Shown: positions 30,007-39,594 of the stretch, in pieces
How positions within the stretch are numbered: the stretch's first letter is position 1
How the letters are laid out: each line of letters opens with the position of its first letter
NCBI GenBank assembly: GCA_030145395.1
Contig: JAQYVR010000239.1
Coordinates: 1-45,924, forward strand
DNA length: 45,924 bases
From: Desulfobacteria bacterium
GTDB taxonomy: Bacteria > Desulfobacterota > Desulfobacteria > Desulfobacterales > C00003060
Reading direction: 5' to 3'
Program-made: the position numbers and the translations under genes
The notes under the pieces: model-generated
Seen by the model: the letters and a program-made list of their open reading frames with translations, nothing else
What the model was told of the DNA's origin: nothing
The model's database searches: none

Positions 30007-31922
30007 ATCTGTTTTACGTTACAACACCGATCTATTACGTAAATGCCCGTCCTCACCTGGGTCATGCCTACACCACAGTGGTAGCCGATGTCCTGAATAG
30101 ATTCCACCGGATGTGCGGTCGTGAGACCTATTTTCTGACAGGGACAGATGAACATGGTGACAAGGTAGTGCAAGCAGCCAAGCGAGAAGGCCTGAGTCCG
30201 CTGGTCTACGCGGACCAGATCAGTGATCTCTTCAAAGCGTTGTGGCCTGAACTCGACATAGAATATGATCACTTCATACGAACCACACACCCTGCCCACA
30301 TGAAGGTTGTCAAGGAAGTCCTGCAAAAAATCTATGACGCTGAAGATATCTACTTCAGCGAATACGAAGGCGCATACTGTTTTGGATGTGAGCGTTTCTA
30401 CACAGACCGCGAGTTGGTAGACGGGAGATGTCCGGACCACAAAACTGTTCCCCAGGTGATCAAGGAGTCCAACTATTTCTTCAGAATGAGTCGATACCAG
30501 GACTGGCTCATCGATTATATCAACACGCATCCGGATTTCATCCGCCCAGAGCGTTACAAAAATGAGGTGCTAGCCTTTTTACGGGAGCCCCTTGAGGATC
30601 TGTGCATATCCCGCCCTAAGAGTCGCCTTCAGTGGGGGATTGCCCTTCCCTTTGATGACCAGTACGTCACTTATGTCTGGTTCGATGCCCTCTTGAACTA
30701 TGTCTCTGCCCTGGGATATCCGGATGGTGAGCCGTTAAAGAAATTCTGGCCGGCCGTTCAGCATCTTATAGCCAAGGACATCCTCAAACCACACGGAATA
30801 TACTGGCCGATCATGTTGAAGGCAGCGGGCATTCCTCTCTTTCAGCACCTTAATGTCCACGGGTACTGGAACGTGGACGAAAGCAAGATGTCCAAAAGCA
30901 TTGGAAATGTGGTGGAACCCCTTGAGCTCAAGAGTCAATACGGCACGGATACTTTCCGATACTTCCTCATGCGCGAGATGGTTTTCGGCCTGGATTCCAG
31001 TTTTAGCGAAAAGGCCCTGGTGCAGCGTATTAACTCTGATCTTGCCAATGACCTGGGGAATCTCTTCAGCCGGAGCCTGACCATGGTCCACAAGTACTTC
31101 AAAGGGATCGTGCCCAAAGGTGATGCAGCTCCAGAGAGTAACCTGGATCTCAATATAAAGTCGGAGGCCGGCAAGGCAGTTCAGGAGTATAAAAAAGCAA
31201 TGGAAGACCTTGCCTTCCATAAGGCCCTCATGGCGATTTGGGAATTTATAAACCATATCAACAAATACATAGACCTAACTGCCCCGTGGGAACTGGCCAA
31301 GAGAAAGGCCCAGAACCAAGAGCTCCAGACAGTCCTTTACAATATCGTGGAAGGTCTCCGCATCATTGCAGGACTGATTTACCCCATTATGCCGCGGACC
31401 TCCCTGCTTATGAACGAACACCTTGGGATGTCTTCGCCCCAGACCTTCCAGAAACTGGATGACCTCATCGTTTGGGGGAAGACACGAGCAGGAACAGAAC
31501 TGCCAAAAACGATTACGCTGTTTCCCAGGATTGACGAGGACAAACTGAAATCTCTGAACCAGGATGCCATCATGTCCAATGAAACGTCGCCTTCGCCAAA
31601 GCCTCAGATCTCAATGGACATGTTTCAGAAAATGGATCTAAGGGTTGCCACCGTGATCCATGCCGAGCCTGTTCCAAGGTCCAAAAAGCTTTTGAAATTG
31701 AAGGTCAATGTGGGAAAAGAGCAGACAGTCGTCGCCGGCATCGCGGAGAACTATCAGCCCGAGGACCTGATCGGGAAACAGGTAGTTATCGTGGCCAATC
31801 TCAAGCCGGCCAAGCTGATGGGCATCATGTCGCACGGGATGGTCTTGACAGCCTCCGACGGCAGTACCTTCAGGCTGGTGACCGTGGACGGCCCGTCTGA
31901 GCCAGGCACTCCCCTTGCATAG
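30003..31922 (+). CDS. metG: Methionine--tRNA ligase
   Basis: PHLGH (HIGH), GTDEHG, YVWFDAL, KMSKS, C-terminal tRNA-binding OB domain. Confidence 0.98.
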   Translation: MNLFYVTTPIYYVNARPHLGHAYTTVVADVLNRFHRMCGRETYFLTGTDEHGDKVVQAAKREGLSPLVYADQISDLFKALWPELDIEYDHFIRTTHPAHMKVVKEVLQKIYDAEDIYFSEYEGAYCFGCERFYTDRELVDGRCPDHKTVPQVIKESNYFFRMSRYQDWLIDYINTHPDFIRPERYKNEVLAFLREPLEDLCISRPKSRLQWGIALPFDDQYVTYVWFDALLNYVSALGYPDGEPLKKFWPAVQHLIAKDILKPHGIYWPIMLKAAGIPLFQHLNVHGYWNVDESKMSKSIGNVVEPLELKSQYGTDTFRYFLMREMVFGLDSSFSEKALVQRINSDLANDLGNLFSRSLTMVHKYFKGIVPKGDAAPESNLDLNIKSEAGKAVQEYKKAMEDLAFHKALMAIWEFINHINKYIDLTAPWELAKRKAQNQELQTVLYNIVEGLRIIAGLIYPIMPRTSLLMNEHLGMSSPQTFQKLDDLIVWGKTRAGTELPKTITLFPRIDEDKLKSLNQDAIMSNETSPSPKPQISMDMFQKMDLRVATVIHAEPVPRSKKLLKLKVNVGKEQTVVAGIAENYQPEDLIGKQVVIVANLKPAKLMGIMSHGMVLTASDGSTFRLVTVDGPSEPGTPLA

Positions 31923-32144
31923 CTGCGACTATCCAAACACCCTCTAATACACGCTAAAAGCATCCCTCCGTACACGCCAGTGCCCATTTCCTCAAGAACA
32001 CACCACCTTGATATTGATATTTTCTATATCATAGCCAAGCTTTTATCGATATTAAGTATTGGACTTCCTGCACCTGCTTCTAATAATATACTAAGTCAAT
32101 ACGTCACAAAGGGGCGACCAAAGGAAATCATCAGAGTGCAAGAT

Positions 32145-32651
32145 ATGAAGAACATATTTATCTCGCTTTGGCCCTATCGTTTGATCCGCCTTGGCCTTGG
32201 CGTGATCTTTGTGTGGGCCGGCATAGTCAAACTAAGTGACCCGGAAGTCTTCGCCAACATCATTTCTGCCTATGAATTGGTGCCGGAGGGCTTGCTGGTT
32301 CCGGTGGCTATTGGCCTTCCCGTCTTGGAGCTGGTTGCAGGGCTGGGTTTGATCTTCGACGTACGGGGCAGCTTGAGCCTTACGTTTGGCCTGTTGGTCT
32401 TGTTCGCGTTTGTCCTGTGGTTCGGCATCTTGAAGGACCTGGACATTGACTGCGGTTGTTTTTCTGCTGATGAATTACGGGAACATGGCGCATTGAGGAT
32501 AGCCCTTTACCGGGATCTGGGGATGATGGCCGGGGCGCTTTACCTTTTCTGGTGGCGCAGGGCCACTCGATCCTTTCCCAAGGGCGCGCTTTTCCTGCGG
32601 ACCATAATGGAAGGTAATGGTTTCCTAAAGAGGCTTAGACAGACAACATAG
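32145..32651 (+). CDS. MauE/DoxX-family membrane protein
   Basis: RLGLGVIFVWAGIVKLSDP, LPVLELVAG, DIDCGCF, RD; about 4 TM; start placed at ATG 32145. Confidence 0.88.
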   Translation: MKNIFISLWPYRLIRLGLGVIFVWAGIVKLSDPEVFANIISAYELVPEGLLVPVAIGLPVLELVAGLGLIFDVRGSLSLTFGLLVLFAFVLWFGILKDLDIDCGCFSADELREHGALRIALYRDLGMMAGALYLFWWRRATRSFPKGALFLRTIMEGNGFLKRLRQTT

Positions 32652-32671
32652 TGGAAGGAGGCACTGAACGT

Positions 32672-33193
32672 ATGTGTAACAGAAAGACTTTTCTGGTTGT
32701 ACTGATGTGTGCTGTGCTGGCGTTGGGTCTGGCAAGCAGCGGGCTTTGTTTTGGAAAAAAGGAGCTGGACACCGAAACCGTCGCCGTCAAATTTGCCAGG
32801 GAACTCCAGAGAGGTGGATACAAAATAGTAAAGACCAATGAACTAAAAGACTGGATTGACCAGAAGAAAGAGATGCTTATTATCGATACCATGCCCTATG
32901 AAGCAAGCTACAAGAAAAACCATGTCCCCGGTGCTGCTCAGTTCTTGTTTCCCATTATAGAGATGACGGAGTGGAAGACCGCTGAAACAGACGGAAAGAC
33001 CAAGGAAGATTTTGGAAAACTCTTGGGCAAGGATAAGAACAGGCTGATCGTCATATACTGCGGATTCACCAAGTGTGGCCGGAGCCATAATGGCGCTATG
33101 TGGGCAGTCAAACTCGGATACACCAATGTCTATCGGTATCCGGGCGGAATAAAGGCCTGGAAAGAAGCTGAGTATCCGGTCAAAGAACTCTGA
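32672..33193 (+). CDS. Exported rhodanese-domain protein
   Basis: AAGGAGG RBS, signal peptide, IID, HVPGA, active-site loop YCGFTKCGRS, GYTNVYRYPGGIKAW. Confidence 0.9.
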   Translation: MCNRKTFLVVLMCAVLALGLASSGLCFGKKELDTETVAVKFARELQRGGYKIVKTNELKDWIDQKKEMLIIDTMPYEASYKKNHVPGAAQFLFPIIEMTEWKTAETDGKTKEDFGKLLGKDKNRLIVIYCGFTKCGRSHNGAMWAVKLGYTNVYRYPGGIKAWKEAEYPVKEL

Positions 33194-33233
33194 TAGACAT
33201 GGAACCTATTTCAAAACCCTTTGAGGGAAACAG

Positions 33234-34289
33234 ATGACTTTTTTTAGGAGAAAGAAGACCCTAACCGGCCTGTCACGCACCTGCGGTTGAGCGGCCAAGA
33301 TTGGTCCGGCGGATCTGTCGGAAGTGTTGAAGTCATTACGGCCCTCAGATGATCCCAACCTGCTGATCGGTTACGAGACATCTGACGATGCCGCCGTTTA
33401 TAGGGTTTCACCCGACATAGCGGTGATCAGCACCGCCGATTTCATCACACCGCCGGTAGATGATCCATACTGGTTTGGACAAATTGCCGCTGCCAATTCC
33501 CTGTCCGATGTCTATGCCATGGGAGGCACGCCTCTCACAGCGCTGAACTTGGTCATGTTCCCTTCCAAAAAGCTGGACATGGGCGTGTTGAAGGAGATTC
33601 TTCGTGGCGGCACAGACAAGGTTCTGGAAGCGGATGCTTCCACGGCCGGAGGACATTCGGTGGATGATAATGAGCCGAAGTACGGTCTGTCTGTCACTGG
33701 GGTCGTGCATCCTGACCGGATTCTCACCAACAGCGGTGCGCAACCGGGTGACGCGCTAATTCTCACCAAACCTCTGGGCACGGGTGTTCTCTTTAATGCC
33801 AACCGTTCCGGTAAGCTTCCCTACCGCGAATTGGAGGCCATCCTTCCCCAGGTTGCCTCCCTGAATCGAAAGGCCTTGGAACTATCTTTGAGGTTCGACA
33901 TTCATGCCTGCACGGATGTCACAGGGTTTGCCATCATGGGACACACGCTCGAGCTGGCAAGGGGAAGCGGGGTTCAGATCGATCTTTTCTACGACAAGCT
34001 TCCTTTTTATCCAAACGCGCTTGACATGTACCAAAGGGGCGAAACCACAGGAAGCAACAAGTCCAACAGGAAACTGGCCGAGGGGTTCTGGGAAACCGAC
34101 ACAGAAATATCTGCTGAGCAAGAAGCACTCCTGTTCGATCCTCAGACATCCGGAGGACTGGTCATCTCCGTTGCAGAGGATCAGGCGGATACCTGCCTAA
34201 AGGAACTGCAGGATAACGGAATCCCATTGGCAGCGATCATTGGACAAGTAGTTGGTCACAATCCGAATGGAAGATTACGGATTACTTAG
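33234..34289 (+). CDS. selD: Selenide, water dikinase (selenophosphate synthetase), selenocysteine-containing
   Basis: ATG 33234 reads MTFFRRKKTLTGLSRTCG-UGA(33288-33290)-AAKIGP in frame with the tracked ORF; DDAAVY, DFITP, AANSLSDVYAMGG, GGHS, TKPLGTG, TDVTGF, DPQTSGGL. Confidence 0.95.
33299..33319 (+). promoter_or_regulatory. Putative bacterial SECIS hairpin
   Basis: GATTGGTCC-GGC-GGATCTGTC stem-loop with a G-containing apical loop beginning 17 nt after the UGA. Confidence 0.6.
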
Positions 34290-34515
34290 CAAATATCTTA
34301 ACACCACCTCAATCTGCTTTCTCGATTGTTTCTATTAGGCGCGGCCCATCCCAAACTACTGTACTTCGTCCCGTAAAATACAGAGTTTACCCCATTTACC
34401 TTGTACACTGCCCAGGTTATGGTACAAATCGACTCATACTTCTGTGCTCGGCTTCCGGAGTTAGCGTTATTGGGCTTACAGTCTATACTAAGCAATCATG
34501 TGACACATAAAGAAG

Positions 34516-35340
34516 ATGCCCCGCCTAAAAGAACTCTTTCTAAATAAACCGGAGTGCGTTATCGATCTTCCGGAATGGCTGCTTTCCCCGGAGAAGGTTG
34601 AAACATACCGTGCCATGTCCGGGCTCGCCATCGTTGAAATTGCAGGCCGCGACAGCGTGGCCGCAGTCGTGAAAGGTGTGGAGGCGGAGGGCTTCACCGA
34701 CCTCCTTCCCACGTACGTCTATACGGGGACAGAACACGGGCAATGGGAAAGTGTGGAAAAGGCGGTCGATCGTCTGGCAAGCCGGCTGCCCGAAGTGCGC
34801 GTCCACAATATGATGGTCCTGGGTTCTCCCGGTTTTTGGCATGCCCTAAACGGACGATTTATCAGTGAGTTGCGTTCAAGATATGGTTTTTCCACACCCT
34901 GTGTAGGCTGCCACCTCTATCTCCACACCGTTCGTATCCCGCTCTCCATAATGCTCGGTGAACCGCCTATCATCGCAGGAGAAAGGGAAAAACATGACGG
35001 AGCAATTAAAGTAAACCAGGTTTCGGAAGCCCTGGACGTCTACCAGAACATAGCCAACGATTTTGGGGTGCGGTTACTCCTTCCTATCCGCCACATCGTG
35101 GAGGGAGCCCGCATTGCGGAGATCCTGGGATTTGAGTGGCACGCGGGCCAGGAACAGTTGGGCTGCGTTTTGTCCGGAAATTATCGAGGATCAGACGGAA
35201 GCATCAAAACGACCGCCCAACAGGTTCAAAGATACCTGGCAGAATTCGCTGAACCGTGCGCCAATAAGATTATCGAGTCATATGTTGCAGGGGATATTCC
35301 GGATCATCTGGAAATAGCTGCCCGAGTCCTGAAGGTCTAA
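34516..35340 (+). CDS. Uncharacterised PP-loop-like (adenine nucleotide alpha-hydrolase) protein with CxxC and distal GC
   Basis: AIVEIAGRDSVAA resembles SGGxDS; TPCVGCHLY; IIAGE; LGCVLSG. Motif order matches ThiI/MnmA-like sulfurtransferases. Confidence 0.65.
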   Translation: MPRLKELFLNKPECVIDLPEWLLSPEKVETYRAMSGLAIVEIAGRDSVAAVVKGVEAEGFTDLLPTYVYTGTEHGQWESVEKAVDRLASRLPEVRVHNMMVLGSPGFWHALNGRFISELRSRYGFSTPCVGCHLYLHTVRIPLSIMLGEPPIIAGEREKHDGAIKVNQVSEALDVYQNIANDFGVRLLLPIRHIVEGARIAEILGFEWHAGQEQLGCVLSGNYRGSDGSIKTTAQQVQRYLAEFAEPCANKIIESYVAGDIPDHLEIAARVLKV

Positions 35341-35486
35341 TACAGGCTCCCACCTTTGAGCTTTCATGTTGCAGCTCCTTCAACCAATTATCCATACATT
35401 CACTCAGTAAAAGGGTCCCCCATTTATTGGTGTTTTCTATTTGCCTTAGCCCTCTTTTCAACGTACTGTGTAATTGAGCAAAGGAA

Positions 35487-36347
35487 ATGGTAAGAAAGAA
35501 AGCTGACAATCCGTTGACCGCATCCGAGAAACACTCTTCCACCATCACCAGTGTTCAAACTGCTGCCGAACCAAAGCTGGCGATGTGTAATATCTTTCCT
35601 GACGTTGACAGACTCAAGGCTTTTGCCCGTGAACACGGGTTTTCCGGGATTGACTGGTCCTTTGACATGCAGGCGTTACCCGACACGCCTGCAGAAGAAT
35701 CAATTTGGGCAAAGCAGTTCTCCCGCCTGGGCTCCCTTGAGATTCGGTATCATTGCCCCTTTTACAAAGTGGACTTGGGTCATCATGACCCGTGGAAGGC
35801 CGAGGCGGCCGGGGCCCTTTTTCGTCGGATTATCCGTCTTGTCTCCAAAGCGCAGGGGAAATGTTTGACTGTTCACATTGGGCTTGGCCGTGATTCGACT
35901 CAACCTCTCTCATGGGAAGCAACAACGGAAAACCTGGCACGGCTGGTTCAATATGGTGCAGACCGTGGTGTGAAAATATGCCTCGAAAACCTGGCCGAGG
36001 GCTGGACGAGCAGGCCGGATATTTTTGAAAAGCTTGTTCGTCGAGGTGGCAGCGCAGTAACCTTTGATATCGGTCATGCCCACGCATCCGAATCTATAAA
36101 GAGCCAACATTACGCCATCGAAGATTTTGTTGCACCTCACGCGGATAGCGTCATCAATGCCCACATATACCATACAGAGGTTTCCGGCCATGGACATACC
36201 CCCCCAGACCGCCTGGAGGACATTGAAGACCGCCTCTCCATATTGCGAAGAATCGGTTGTAATTGGTGGGTCCTCGAGGTGAGAGAAGCTGAGGGGTTAT
36301 TGCGAACAAAGAGGATTGTGGAAGAGTATTTGAAACGAGCAGACTAG
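35487..36347 (+). CDS. Xylose-isomerase-like/AP-endonuclease-2 TIM-barrel metalloenzyme (start uncertain)
   Basis: YHCPF, VHIG, CLENL, FDIGHA, AHIYH, H.PP, VLE metal-ligand pattern. Confidence 0.85.
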   Translation: MVRKKADNPLTASEKHSSTITSVQTAAEPKLAMCNIFPDVDRLKAFAREHGFSGIDWSFDMQALPDTPAEESIWAKQFSRLGSLEIRYHCPFYKVDLGHHDPWKAEAAGALFRRIIRLVSKAQGKCLTVHIGLGRDSTQPLSWEATTENLARLVQYGADRGVKICLENLAEGWTSRPDIFEKLVRRGGSAVTFDIGHAHASESIKSQHYAIEDFVAPHADSVINAHIYHTEVSGHGHTPPDRLEDIEDRLSILRRIGCNWWVLEVREAEGLLRTKRIVEEYLKRAD

Positions 36348-36452
36348 CAAGAATCTCCTGCCTAATCCCCCGTTGATAGGCCTCACATCCCCCTTCGTTT
36401 TGCCCGCAGACACAGCAGACAGCGCCAACAATCAGCTTTAGGGTTCGGACAT

Positions 36453-36487
36453 TTTGGCCTTGAGGGCTCTAAGCCCTCAAGGCCAAA
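36453..36487. terminator. Probable bidirectional terminator between convergent genes
   Basis: TTTGGCCTTGAGGGCT-CTA-AGCCCTCAAGGCCAAA perfect 16-bp stem. Confidence 0.85.
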
Positions 36488-36516
36488 TTTGTTCACGGTT
36501 AACGATCTGAGCAAAA

Positions 36517-37677
36517 CTAGAATCCAACGGCAATCTGAAACGTGAGGATGTCCTGGTCATCTCTTGTGAAGTCACTCTCTTGATTAACCTGGGTATAATC
36601 TGCGCTGATCTTGCAGTTGTGCCCTTTCATATAATAATTCACCCCAACACTGTAAAAGTCAGTCTCGAACTCCCTATCCACATCCACGGTTTCATACCGC
36701 ACGTAGGGTTGCAAATGGAAAGGGAAAAGATATCCTGCCTGAACATACCAGTTCTCGGCATCGTCGCCCTTGTCCAAAGAAGTGAAACCCTGATCTGTGG
36801 TACAGTGTTCAATATCGATATAAGCAGCCTCTGCTGTGACCGCACCGTCTCCCAGAGGATGGTCAAAGAAAACATCAGCCGTCCATACCGAATTATCGTC
36901 CTCAGCAACAGCACCCACCGGGTCGATATCGTCTTGACTATCAAAGCCCAAGCCTAGACTCAAGACCTTTTTCTTCCCAAGGTAAGTTCCCTTGTTGAAC
37001 CAACCCGTCTCTGGCTCTAGCAGACTGAGCGACACACGGCCGACGAACCTAAGGTTGTCGTCCGGATTCTCACTACTCTCAACCCCTTCAGAGACCATAA
37101 AGCGGTATTGCAGAAGCCCGTCCATAGGATTGCCCCATAGGGTTACACCGTCATCTCGTCCGACCTTGCTCGTATAAAAGATACCACCCCTGATGCCACC
37201 CTGGAGAAACGGGAGATCAGTGGTCAACATTGCCTTTGTGGAAGTTGTGCCATAGTTACGCGTCAGCGGCACATACATGCGTCCCGCCTGAACCATGAAG
37301 GCTGGATGGAAATTGAAGGTAATCCACAAATCGCGCCAGGCAACGCCACCCCCTAGCCCGAGGGAGGTGTCTTCTGTCAACTCATCCTGACCAACGCGGT
37401 CTGAGGCAATGTGGGTGAAAAAGCTAACCAGATCTGTCACGTCACCCTTCAGATAGAGATAGGCCCGGCGGATCAAAAAATCGTTCAAATCTTCGGTACC
37501 GCTGGCTGTGACCTTGCCGTCCTCAACCGACTGGAACCAAGCCTGCGCCCAGATGCCTGCCTCTAAGTTTGCATTGTCACCCAGGTCGGCCTTTATGCCG
37601 GCCGACGCCGGATTCATCATGCCACAAACAAGAAACGCCACAACGATTGTTGCGGAAAATACGGCTAATCTCTTCAT
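36517..37677 (-). CDS. Outer-membrane porin, OprO/OprP superfamily, ExtI-like
   Basis: Signal peptide, F.IRRAYL, GRDDGVTLWGN..G.LQYR, GTYLGKKKVL, NYYMKGHN.K, terminal Phe; AGGAGG RBS. Confidence 0.82.
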   Translation of the reverse strand: MKRLAVFSATIVVAFLVCGMMNPASAGIKADLGDNANLEAGIWAQAWFQSVEDGKVTASGTEDLNDFLIRRAYLYLKGDVTDLVSFFTHIASDRVGQDELTEDTSLGLGGGVAWRDLWITFNFHPAFMVQAGRMYVPLTRNYGTTSTKAMLTTDLPFLQGGIRGGIFYTSKVGRDDGVTLWGNPMDGLLQYRFMVSEGVESSENPDDNLRFVGRVSLSLLEPETGWFNKGTYLGKKKVLSLGLGFDSQDDIDPVGAVAEDDNSVWTADVFFDHPLGDGAVTAEAAYIDIEHCTTDQGFTSLDKGDDAENWYVQAGYLFPFHLQPYVRYETVDVDREFETDFYSVGVNYYMKGHNCKISADYTQVNQESDFTRDDQDILTFQIAVGF

Positions 37678-38174
37678 ACGTATTCCTCCTGTTGTTGAAA
37701 ATCATATCATCTACAGGATATCAAATGTCTTCCAGATCAGACGGGCATCACCTCCTTTTCACGGTAAACCAGCAAGCCGCCCATGGCGTTGCCTGTACTT
37801 CCCGTGACCGAACCCCTCTTAACGACAATCGTTTTTCAGTAATTGGCAATATTTCCTACTAAAAGGATAGGGTATTTGTCAAGTTTTTGGTTTCTTCATA
37901 GGTAAAGCCCAGGTCATCTCTTTACCCTGAGAAAAACCCAGAAGGGGGTTCTTGAGCCCCTTGGTTTCTGGCTGCCTCGAATGTTTCGAATATTTTCTAT
38001 GTATCACATAGAAATGTCAAATAGCTAATATCAGCAATTTGACCTGATCGTTATTAGATATCCTGATGGAAGCTCCCTGCAGCAAGATTTCGGCACACTC
38101 CTATCCAAACAAATTTCCTTAGAATCTATAGTATGATATGATTTCTGCAGCTTTCACCTGTTAGACAATTGACG

Positions 38175-39455
38175 ATGGAAACCGATCTGAACAAATGCAA
38201 GCGATGCGGCCAGTGCATGAGTGTGTGCCCTGTCTACCAAGCAACGTTCCAAGAATCTGATGTGGCACGGGGTAAATTGGCCCTGCTGGAGTGCGTTGAA
38301 GCGGGCACCATAAATGCGTCGGAGCGTCTTGAAAGCATCCTTTCCCGGTGCCTTATGTGCGGAGCCTGCTCCCAGGTTTGTGCAAACAAGGTTGAAACAA
38401 CGCTCATCATGCAAACAGGGCGCGAGAAGCTTTTTGAGACCGGAAAGAAAGGCCAAACCGAGAGAGCCTTGTTCGGAGCCGTACGGGAGGGGCGATTGAG
38501 CGCCAAGGTGCTCCTCAAGGGTGGTTCCCTCCTTCAGGCCCTGGCCTGCAAAAAGATCCCGGAAACCAGCGGACTGCATCTTCGGTTCCCTCTCTCATTC
38601 TTCACTGCAAGGAGGACGGCTCCTCCCATCGCCTGGAAACCATTTCTGCAACGCGCTCAATCTGAGCCGGCCGTTACGGGGGAAGGACCGCGGATCGGGC
38701 TCTTTGTGGGTTGCGGTGCCAACTACCTATTTCCGGATACATCCCGTGCCCTTGTGCGTATCTTGAGACGTATGGGAGTAACCCCGGTTATTCCAGGGGA
38801 CCAGATCTGCTGCGGCCTGCCTGCCTATGTTTCGGGTGATACTGAGACTGCACGAGAGTCGGCACTTAAGAATATCGAGGCGTTCAAGTCTCTTGAGCTT
38901 GATGCGATCCTGACCGTGTGTGCTTCATGTGGATCACACCTGAAGGCCCTCCCGTCCCTGTTTTCAGATGACTCTTCATCCCGTAATGCCGCTGCTTCAT
39001 TAGCAGGAAAGCACATGGACGCTATGACCTTTCTCGTAGACCATCTTGATTTTGAAGTATTTCTTAAGAATCTTCAGTCGGCTAAGCCACAGAAGGACAC
39101 GAGGCCTTTGCGAGTTGCCTATCATGATCCCTGTCATCTCAGGCTTGGCCAGGGAATCACCCAGGCACCCAGGAGACTCATCGAGGCATTACCCGGAGTG
39201 CAACTGGCAGAAGCTTCACACCCCGGCCAATGTTGTGGCCACGGAGGGGAGTTTAACCTCTCTCACTTTGCCCTATCCATGAAGATCCTGGACCGGCGTA
39301 CGGAGGACTTCAGAAAGGTGAACCCCGAGACGATTGTCACGGGTTGCACGGGGTGTCTTCTGCAACTGGCAGAGGGAATAAGCCGAAACGGCCTGGCAGG
39401 AAGGATTGAAGTTTGTCACCCGCTGGTTCTGGTAGAAAAAGCTATTGAACCATAG
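38175..39455 (+). CDS. (Fe-S)-binding oxidoreductase subunit, GlcF/HdrD-like
   Basis: Two CxxCxxCxxxC motifs, two CCG domains (CCGLP, CCGHGG), YHDPCHL. Confidence 0.9.
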   Translation: METDLNKCKRCGQCMSVCPVYQATFQESDVARGKLALLECVEAGTINASERLESILSRCLMCGACSQVCANKVETTLIMQTGREKLFETGKKGQTERALFGAVREGRLSAKVLLKGGSLLQALACKKIPETSGLHLRFPLSFFTARRTAPPIAWKPFLQRAQSEPAVTGEGPRIGLFVGCGANYLFPDTSRALVRILRRMGVTPVIPGDQICCGLPAYVSGDTETARESALKNIEAFKSLELDAILTVCASCGSHLKALPSLFSDDSSSRNAAASLAGKHMDAMTFLVDHLDFEVFLKNLQSAKPQKDTRPLRVAYHDPCHLRLGQGITQAPRRLIEALPGVQLAEASHPGQCCGHGGEFNLSHFALSMKILDRRTEDFRKVNPETIVTGCTGCLLQLAEGISRNGLAGRIEVCHPLVLVEKAIEP

Positions 39456-39594
39456 ATCAAGGACGTGCGTGTTGAGAACAAATAGTGCTCTAAAGAATAA
39501 GGGCCTATGCTGGCCCTGCCCCCCCTTGGAGATCGAATATGGACTTAGCTCTTAAACTTACTTCTCACCAGGAGTACGGCCCGAGCGGTCAAAA

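Noticed and set aside
33324-34289. selD as a 5'-truncated pseudogene
   Set aside because: The UGA falls at the known Sec position, with an upstream ATG and a SECIS-like hairpin.
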